The notes beneath the pieces are model-generated. The model did no database searches. It was not told the DNA's origin and saw nothing but the letters and a program-made list of their open reading frames with translations. This document shows positions 34,992 through 46,863 of a stretch of 64,000 nt of DNA, in pieces. The stretch comes from Paraspadella gotoi (lineage: Eukaryota; Animalia; Chaetognatha). Position numbers and translations under genes: made by a program. The number at the start of each line of letters is the position of its first letter. Position 1 is the stretch's first letter. Location: contig CM119265.1 of NCBI GenBank assembly GCA_051294375.1, positions 20,182,966 to 20,246,965 of the forward strand. The letters are read 5' to 3'.

Positions 34992-37940
34992 TCAAACAGG
35001 ATATCCAAAAGAATCCGTTCCATCTTGGTCCAACAACGCCAAAGCCGACAGACGGATCTTCTGAAGAAAGTCCTGCAACTCCACTTTTCTAAAGACTTTA
35101 TACAGCGTATGCTTTTCGGAGGCAACAATGTCGGCGAGTTGCAAACAATCGTGGTATCTCTGTGTAGCGTGAAAGATGGAATGAAGCAAAACGGCCAACG
35201 CTGGGAGGCACTGCTCACGAAGACGAGCCATCTGGTGCAGTCGCTGATTAGATATGGAATCGTGATCCTCCGGCGAGCGCGAATCGACCATCCATCCGCC
35301 GTCGAGGAAGAGCAACACGTTGTAGAGTCTCTCGACGGTGGCGGTGCTCTGCTCGTCCAGTTGGCACTGCCACCTAGCATTCTCCGCTGCATGGGTCTTC
35401 ATGCGCTGCTCGTGAGCGATCTTCTCGGTGAAAGTAGAATTGACCGCGAGAGTGGGCGTTTCTGGTTTTCCCTGATGAAACAACTTAAACCAATCATTGA
35501 AAGAGGCGATTGACTCGAGGTAGGCCTTGATGCAAAGATACTCTCTGATCGCATTCTCGTCGTCAGGCGGCAACATGCACCCGCCTGCCTCCGCCTCCCA
35601 ATTGTTGGAAATCTCTTCCAGGATTTTGGCGGGCAGCTTGGCGAACGTCTCGTTGGCGGCGGCGATCTTGCGCTGAAGGAGGAAACTGCGGCAGATGGTG
35701 TTCGCTGCTTTAAGGGCTTCGGCGCGCTGGCACGGGTCAAAGAGTAGCCAGTCGATGGAGGATATTCTGACAGCATCACTGGATGTGGTCTCTGTCTCGG
35801 AAACGGTGCCCACGTCTTTGTCCACTATCATCCCTCCAGGGGACATGAGGAGAGCGTCCTCGTCGAACTGTTGACGGATGTTTTCAACTACCATCTTGGT
35901 GATGGAACGGACATCCAAATTAACTTCTCTTGCCAAGTCCAGAACTCGTCTCCGCTCCCCGTCTTCAGAAACTCCCTCGAGAAAAGCGGCATAGACTTCA
36001 ACCTGAATTAAGGAATATGTTTGATCTAATTTTATAATGATTTGTGTTTATAGAGAATTACGTAATATGTGCTAATGTACCAGGAAACGGAGAAAAGAAT
36101 TAGTTGAAAAATAATTTAACGATGAAGACTAATACGTAATCAACACTTTTTAATGGAAAATCTCGTCAAATACTTAAATATTTTAGAATACCTGTGTTGT
36201 GGATGGCAGATGCGACGTATAAGTTCCCACTAAATCGGTCATTTTGGAGGCGATGAGAACTTCAACGTACTTGAGTACAAGAGAGACGCCGAGTTCATCG
36301 CCAAAGTTGCAAAGGCCCGTGGCGCGTAGGAAAAGCACCAGGTGCGCCATGAAGCGAATCAGATGTGGCGTGAGTCCTCGTTCACCGGTTTCAGGGTCTG
36401 CGTCCTCGGTCAGCCAACCGTGCATGATCTCCAGAAGCCCATCAGTGTCCCCAGATATGATGTAGCTCTGCACTTGCTGCATCTTGCTGGGACGTGCCAC
36501 CTTCTTACTCCAGTTAATCTTTTCCATTTCTTCGAAGATGCGCTCGATGGACAACTCCTTCTCTGAATACCTCGGCGGAAGCGTTTGCGGCTCAGCGGCG
36601 AAAGGCACCGCCTGTTGCTCCAACGCCTCCTCTGTACGCTGATCAACCAAAGTGCGACAATAGGCCCACAGGGCGTCCTCCCACGAATCTACAACTGGCA
36701 ACATCCGTTTGAGATTTCCCGTCAAGGCCGCGTAGATTGCGCGTTCGTGAAGCGCCAATCGCTCATCATCGGCCATGACCCAAGCAGCCTTTTTCCAAAG
36801 GCGACGAAGGGGATTTCCCTCGATGGGCTGAGGTTGCCCGTCGAGCCCCAAAGAGGTAAAGTTGGGGTCGTGATGCAAGCGCCAGCCTTCGATCGATGCC
36901 GCCTTCCAGCTTTGACCCACGCGGATGCACATGTCTTGCGCCTTGTCAAACTGACCCGAACGAAGAAGAGCATAGAGGTATTTTTGCAAGCGGGCCTCGT
37001 CCTCGCGGTCCAAATCTGCCAAGGGTCGATTCTGACGAATCGGGGCGTCGGGATCCAGCTCTGTGACGTGATTGGCGCGGCGAGCAGCACCAACACCCAA
37101 ACCAGATTGCTTCAATGAGTGCAGTGTGTTCTCCCATGCTTCCGCCTTGTCGGTGAAAAACTCCACCTGTTCGTAGAAATCGTCCATCTTGTCTTTCTCG
37201 ATGGACTCGAGCCAGTCAACGACGATCTGCGTTTGACGAACTTCCGCGTCTACTCGGAACAACCTCTCGGCGACTTCCTTCTCGCTCGAGTGGATCGACA
37301 TGGACGACTCCACCCCCTCCATGTCCTCGTCATCGGCGGCGACGGAGATGGACAGTCGGTCGGTGTAAATCATCCTGATCAACTGCCAAGTGGCCTTCTC
37401 TTCTTCCAAGTGATTGAGCGTTAAGTGCACGTCCTCCATTCGACTCATGCCCGGCTTGGTCTTTTTTGTTAGTCGCTTGAGCAAGGAGGCCTGATCGTTG
37501 CAAATCTCCTCATAGCCGGATACCAGTTCAAAAACCTGGTGCTCCAGACGATACTCGCGGAGTTTTTCCAAAAATCCCGAAAAAACGGAAGTCGATGCCG
37601 CGAGATCGTTGTTCTCCTCGAGAAGCAGCGCCGCGTTTCCGGAGGTAACGTTGGCGAGCAATGCCGCGTTGGTCGATTTGAATTGGGGCGTGGAAGGAAC
37701 AAATATGGTTCTATCTCCGGCGTCGCCACCGAAAATTTTGGACTCATTATGAATGGCTAGAGTCCGGCGCCGATGGGGAGGGGTGCCGACGGCGCCGGGG
37801 AGAAACACTGCATGCGGCGCCACGGACGAGTCGAGTAAGTGAAGGGATCGTTCCAGATTGCCGGCAACGGATCTGGGAAGCGCAGAAGTGGCGCGGCCGT
37901 GAATTGAGTCGCCCAAAAGCGAAAACGAAAAGTCAGCCAT
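34992..37940 (-). CDS. NUP107: Nucleoporin Nup107, two exons
   Basis: QIVVDWLE; WENTLHSLK; VTELDPDAPIRQNRPLADLD; WEDALWAY; LIRFMAHLVL; ENAIREYLCIKAYLE; YNVLLFLDGGWMVD; DSFGYPV*. Confidence 0.96.
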
Positions 37941-38220
37941 TATGATGATATTTGGAAGCTGTTATCATAAAACAACGTTCGACGAATGCAAAATGCAAAA
38001 AATGGTATGAGATGAACAAAATAGTACTATGTACTTTAATTTAAAACATGGTATTTTTTGCTAACGCGGGAATAATCATTGGTAAAATTGAACATTCACT
38101 GTTTGGAATCTTCCCGGTCAGTGATTTTTTTTTTGCTTATGAACACAAACAATTTTTTTTTTTTGCGCAAAAAAGAATAATGATTTTTTGAATATTAGCC
38201 CAACCACCTTTGACCTTAAA

Positions 38221-38326
38221 CCAGTAACCACCTCTAACCCTAACTACCCCTAACCCTAGCCACTCTTAATCCTAACCAACCTTAACCACCCCTAACCCTA
38301 AATACTTCTAACCTTAACCAAACTTA
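38221..38326. repeat. Degenerate (CCCTAA)-like repeat tract
   Basis: ctaaccctaactacccctaaccctagcc...cctaaccaaccttaaccacccctaacccta. Confidence 0.75.
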
Positions 38327-38677
38327 ATTTTTTTCCTTGTAATAACAAACCATGGTAATGATACATGCAAATAGAAAAGTTGCCGATCGGCTCGGTTCCG
38401 GTCGGTGAAAGTACAATTATGTCTAATCAAGTAATCATGTTTATACTAGAATCTTTTTACACGGTGGAATAAGAAAAGTTCGCAGAAAAAATGCCGAGTT
38501 TTTCTTGCAGTTTCGTCCCGTCGTCGATTGCAATTTTAAAAAACAGGATTTTTAAAACTGAATTATTGAGAAATAGAGATATGACTTATCACCCGAAATA
38601 TTGAGCATTTTTAAAACGGCTGATTTTATTCCTAGAAAAATCGCATTTGAGGAATAATCGATCAGCTCGAAATATCT

Positions 38678-41062
38678 TCAAACACAATCGACGTATTTTA
38701 CAACCGCATCTTCCATAGACGGATTCCAAACTGAAAACGGAAATCGTCCGTTCTTTAGGCCGTGGCAGGCGGCGTCAAATTTCCCGTCGACCGTGGCGGC
38801 AACTAGAGCGCCGGAAAAGTCTGGATGACGTTTGATAATGCGTTTGATTGCGTCGACACAAGCGACGCGAGGATTCATTCCCAAACGCATATTTTCGACG
38901 GCTTGGTAACTCGGAAGAAACCGCATCATGATGTCGCCGTCTCCGGTGGCCACGGCGCCACCCACGGAATCATCGGAGTAAGCTCCCGATCCTAAAAAGA
39001 TGAGACATAAGTCTGGGACTCGCGCAAATTAAAAACTATATTTTTTTCCTAACCGGGAATGGGCGAATCCCCGACTCTTCCTGGAATTTTATGTCTGGCG
39101 CCGTTGGTCGAAGTTCCGACGACAACATGCCCGTGAGAATCTTTTATCGAAACGAAAATTGGGGGGAAAAAAATCGGTAGTTGACCTGTGTTTGTTCAAC
39201 TGCTCATAACTCGGGTAATACTAAATCAAATTAGTTAATACTTGGTAGTAAGGCGACGTATCATCAGATGTTAAATGTGGATAAGATTTAAAATTAATTG
39301 TCAGTCACTTAATCATTTGAAAATACGATCACATTACCAGGAAATAAATTTGTCTTCATTCATATAACGATAAGTTATTTTAGGTTATGTGACCACTTTC
39401 AAATGCGGTCGCGTTAGTTAATGGATATTATTTTGTAATTTGTGCACGTTTCTTAGTTTTATTAGTGACGTGATATTTGTCTATATAAAGTCACTGCGGC
39501 ACAACACCTTGAAATTGCCAGATTATTCAATATTCATTATTCAATTCGTATGTCGATCTCACCAATAACTATCATGCCGATCGTGTCGTGGACCTCGTTG
39601 GTCTCATTCGCTAATGAGGTAGGATGATATGGGCCACAGGAGGTCGTCGGATCGGGGCGCACCCGAGTCCAAAAGTTTGGCTGGCAATGATTGTCCTTCC
39701 ACTCTTTCCACATTCGCTTTGACTCATCTGTATGAAGATCCTCCAATGGAAAGCCCATTGAGGACGCGAACTCCGACGCCTGACTGCCGACGATTAAGGA
39801 GTGGCGAGTCCGCTCTAGCACCGCGCGCGCCACGCCCACCGCGTTTTTGACGCGCCGAAGAGCGCCGACGGCACCGACGTTGAGAGAAGCGCCGTCCATC
39901 ACCATAGCGTCCAAAGTGGTTTCGCCGTTTTCATCCGGACTGCCTGACTAAGTGGCAAAATACAATGAACTGTCACTTACAAGATTGCTTATTAAAATAT
40001 ATATTTTATGACAACGGGAGAAATGCCTGTGATACCCGGGGCGCGGGGTATCTCAACTGGCGTAGGGGCTGCGGACCCTCAGTGACCGCCTCCAGTCACT
40101 GGCATGTTTAGACAACAGACAAGCTCCGTCACATTTAAGCCATAACCGGGATACCCAGGGATTGAACCCGGGACGCACAGTTATAACCAGATGATTTAGC
40201 CTGCTCAGCCGTTGAGACGAGTAAGTAATGGTTTTTTATTTATTTTTTTATTTGTAAGTTTTCTTTGTGCAATTCGTCCAATTAAAAATATTATGTCCTG
40301 GGCATATTGTTGACTGTCTTGAATAATTATTTCATATCATAAGGATTCCAGTTTACGCTTCATTTAATGGTATAAATTAATTTCAACAATTTTAAGTAAT
40401 TAATTTATAATGATTTTTTTGTAAAGTTTTTTAGTTTTTTCGGTTTTTTATTGAAGATAAAATTGAATTACCATTGAAGAAATGTTGATTAACATAAGTA
40501 AATATAATAATAATATAATTTTATGAAATTAAAATATAATAAACGTCAACTACTTTGCTATAGAATGAGAAAAGAAAATTAAAAAAAATATTCATCCAAT
40601 GAGAAATGGTACGCATTTTTTGGTGTCACTCGCGAACGGACACGGGGTAATTATATTCATTTTCCACATGACATTTCAAAAATCACTAAACGTCATGCTC
40701 ACCTCCGTACCCCACAGTGAGATCGCACTGCTCTTCCTCGCACTGGGTGCAACCGGCGACGACGGCATCCAGAGCGTCACCGCCCATCACGATACTCTTT
40801 CGAGCCGCCACGGCCGCCGAAAGAAAGTTCCAAGTGTTTATCACCAACGGGAGGGCAGGCTTAAAAGGTAATTAGGGATTTTAGAACAACGAATGGTAAT
40901 TGGTAAGGTTACTGAGATGAGAAGAAATAAGATTTTTTATGGTTTGTAAAACGTCATATCGTAACTTACCGCGGTTTCAATATTTATTTCGGCGATCGCC
41001 AAATCATCCATTGTGACAAAAGCAAGAAAAACATTCACTAATGTAATAAAGCTCTTAATCAT
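38678..41062 (-). CDS. AGA: Aspartylglucosaminidase (N4-(beta-N-acetylglucosaminyl)-L-asparaginase), five exons
   Basis: Hydrophobic N-terminus; PLVINTWNF; [22 protein letters not shown]; HDTIGM autocleavage site; [26 protein letters not shown]; [19 protein letters not shown]. Confidence 0.96.
40021..40222 (-). mobile_element. Putative tRNA-derived SINE with structured body in AGA intron
   Basis: GC-rich island; minus strand has A-box-like CGGCTGAGCAGG and B-box GGTTCAATCCC (~40158-40168), followed by several hairpins. Confidence 0.6.
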
Positions 41063-41293
41063 CTAAGTAAATAAAAATAGAATGATAATCTTGAATATTT
41101 TACGTCAATATATGAACATAATTTAACAAAATATTAACGGCGCAAGCGAAATTTCGCATGAAGTATCCAATCCTTGTTCGCCAAAAAAAAAAAAAAAATC
41201 AACAATTAGGTCCAGAAATTGACCTACAATCCTATTCTAACTCGGAATGATCAGGGTTGCCAACCAGAAAAGTAATAGTTACAAGCAAAGGCT

Positions 41294-41963
41294 TCAACAG
41301 CAGCTTCCTCCGGCACTGGGAGCGATGGGAGTAGAGTTGATGTTCACGCTCGTCCGGGATTCGCCGCAATTCGTATGACTCATTTTATTTTTAATTTCCG
41401 ACGCCATCGTGAGAAAGGCCTGCGACCAAAAAAACGGTTATCTAAAGATTCCATCCCCCGGCTGATGGCGGACTTTTTTTAACCTGTTCGACGTTGGTCG
41501 AATTTTTAGCGCTGGTTTCGAGAAAGGAAATCCCGAGCTGATCGGCTAACTCTTTTCCCATTGAGAAATCTACGGCCTTTTTTGTCGTCAAGTCGCATTT
41601 GTTGCCGACGAGTAACTTGTTGACGCTCTCGCTCGCGTATCGCTCAATCTCGCGCATCCACTGTTTCAGGTTGTCGAATGATTCCCGGTCGGTGACGTCG
41701 TAAACGACGATGATGCCGTGGGCTCCCCGGTAGTAGGCCGAGGTTATGGTTCGAAACCGCTCTTGACCCGCCGTGTCCCAAATCTGCAGTTTGACCACTT
41801 TTCCGTCGAGCTCGATCGTCCGGATCTTAAAGTCGACGCCGATGGTCGAGATATAACTCTCGGTGTAAGTGTTGTCGGCGAACATCAAGAGAAGGCAGGA
41901 CTTTCCTACTCCCGAATCACCGATGAGAAGTAGTTTGAACAAAAAATCATATTCAGGGTTCAT
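41294..41963 (-). CDS. RAB1: Rab1 GTPase, two exons
   Basis: [25 protein letters not shown]; [19 protein letters not shown]; [13 protein letters not shown]; exon 2 [10 protein letters not shown]...GGSCC*. Confidence 0.95.
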
Positions 41964-42078
41964 TTTGTTTTTGTCTTCTTTTTGACCGGTTAGTTATTCT
42001 AATTGTAAATAAGAATAGAAATTCAAAAATAAAAACTGTAAAATATCACAAAATAGAGTATCAATTTGGATTATTTCG

Positions 42079-43030
42079 TCACAACAAGCTATATCGATGG
42101 TCCGACTCCATGACTTTGTTTTCCTTGACGAGTTTCGTCAGGTGATGCTCGACATTGTTTCGTGCTCCACGCAATAGATTCTCCGCGAGCGTGGGATAAA
42201 CGTTGGCGACGATCTCGGGAATCGACAATGACGTTTCGGCGAGAGACTCGAGGATTTGCCTTTCCCTTTCTCTCCTATGGGCGATGTAGTGTTCTATCCT
42301 TGAGACAGGATCGTCCACGACGGGTCCGTGACCTGGGTATATGAGCCTCGGCTCGAACTTCAGCAATCTTTCGAGAGACTTCATGTAGTCGAAGAGATCT
42401 TCGAAAACGGCAGTCCCTTCACCCAAAATGCAGTCTCCGCTAAAAATAGCGTTTTCCTCTTTCAGATAAAACGCGGCGTGGTCGGTGGAGTGCCCTGGGG
42501 TGAAGACTGCCTCCAGAGTGGCCCCGACCGTTTCTAACAGGGCTCCGTCTTCGATAAAACGATAGCGAATCGTCGTTTCCGCGACGGGATCTAAATCTGG
42601 CTCTTCCAATCTTTGGAATTTGGACAGACGCAAATCATTGAGCGTCTGCACTTGGCGATGGATGTCACCGAGGCCGCCTACGTGATCGTAGTGCCAGTGC
42701 GACAAGACAATCTCTTGAAGTTGAACCTTTTCGTCGGCCATGACGCGTTTCAAAGCTTCCAAGTAATCAACTTTCTCTGGCTCGCCTTATAAATCGAAAA
42801 GGAGCGTTTCGATAAGTGGTCGTCAGGACTTTACATTTAAATAAGCTCAAAGAAAAAAAAATCATTCTGATTGGACAACGTTATTAACCTGAATCCAACA
42901 GAATTCGACGGGTTCCGGTTCCAATGAGGTAAGTGTTCGTTCCTTGCAGCGTGAACGGGCCTGGGTTACAACCCAGAATCCTGATGACTCGAGGAGACAA
43001 ACGTTCGATGACCGGAATGAACTGCGTCAT
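42079..43030 (-). CDS. LACTB2: Metallo-beta-lactamase endoribonuclease LACTB2, two exons
   Basis: [26 protein letters not shown]; HWHYDHVGG; TPGHSTDH; [24 protein letters not shown]; IYPGHGP. Confidence 0.96.
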
Positions 43031-43099
43031 TGTTTTTTCTCACAACCAGGGACTGTAGTTTCAAAGTATATAGGAGCGCAATAATAAACCGTTAAATAA

Positions 43100-43433
43100 A
43101 TTAACGAAATGTCATAATTGCAGAAGCAGAAGGCCAAGGCGAGTCCTCATTCTTTTTTCTGGCCAGAGCACGAGTTTGTGGCGACTCGCGCGCCGCCCTC
43201 GCCCTCGCCGCCGCCGCCGTCGTCTTCGTCCAATCAACAAAACAGCATCGACTCTTAAAATAAAAAAAGTCTGGGGTCAGACAATCTCGTGACGTCGTCC
43301 TCAATACCGCAGCAACAGCTGATTCGTATCCACGGGAATCAATCAACGGCCTTTTTGAGCTCTCATGAATTCTTTTGATTTTACTTAAATAACCCCGAAA
43401 AACAAATTTACAAGTCATGAAGGGATATGTATA
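43100..43433. promoter_or_regulatory. Candidate bidirectional promoter between divergent LACTB2 and sirtuin genes
   Basis: Head-to-head arrangement; GC/CpG-rich patch cgcgcgccgccctcgccctcgccgccgccgccgtc at ~43187-43225. Confidence 0.45.
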
Positions 43434-45885
<2,452 letters not shown>

Positions 45886-46863
45886 ATCATACTTTAATAA
45901 ACATTTAAACTCAAATAAAAAAATTAAACAAATAAAACAAATGTAACGCTTATAATTTTTTTTTAAAATTACGTCCAGATTTTCGTGCTACTATTAGCAG
46001 CAAAGGCCTAATAGTCTATCGACCACCCAAATCCAATTATGGAATTATAATTTTATGGAAAAGTTCACTTTTATGTTCTGTTATGACATGCAATTTAGTT
46101 GTGTAATCATTACATCTTGAATCTATTGGTAAATGTTCTTTCTGAGTTAGCTGAGGTTTAGAAGTAGTTAATTGCACTGCTCTAATAAATTATTTTCTAA
46201 AATGAACACAATGAAACAAATAAAATTCATGTACACAAAAGATAAAACAAAACAAGCAGTAAGTTAATATCATAGGAAAACAAGACTGGTTTAATCTAAT
46301 TAATTAAACAAATCGTTCCCTTTTTGAGATCGTCAAATTCTTTTAAAGCTTCAAATTACCAAAATCTGAGGTCACGTATTTGCCCAAAGTCCCATTAGTG
46401 GAGCACGCTTTTCATTGGAGGGTGGAAGTACAGTATCTTCATCCATATCATCATCGCCCCATTGTACCATTAATTGATTTTTTTGCTTCTTCGAATGCCT
46501 GTAAGAAATTAATTTTTACGGTTAATAAATAACTAATAGAAAGTTAATTCCACTTATTTTAAGCGATGTTCAACATTAATTAAGCACCAAATCAAAATTA
46601 TAATTTTACATTTCTAATAATTTAAACTTAATATCCAAATTTCACCATAATTCAAAAAGCCAACGATATTTATCCCTGACTTGCAGCCTCAAAGCAAATT
46701 TTCAAATTTTAAAACTGTAAACTACTTCTTATTGAGAAGGAGAGCCAATTTACCATTAAGCTACCCTAAATTTGTCAAATATTTTATCAAAGGTGCAAGT
46801 TAGCAGTCGAGCTGCTTTTGAACTTGTTGTTCACAGCGATATTAGAATCGCTACTTTTCCACC

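Noticed and set aside
15001-37760. Many long antisense or alternate-frame ORFs overlapping the identified genes
   Set aside because: Shadow ORFs expected from GC-rich coding exons; no family motifs.
41442-41483. RAB1 intron read-through encodes PPSAGG, echoing the true C-terminal APSAGG
   Set aside because: Five-residue match with different codons, no prenylation cysteines; coincidence is likely.
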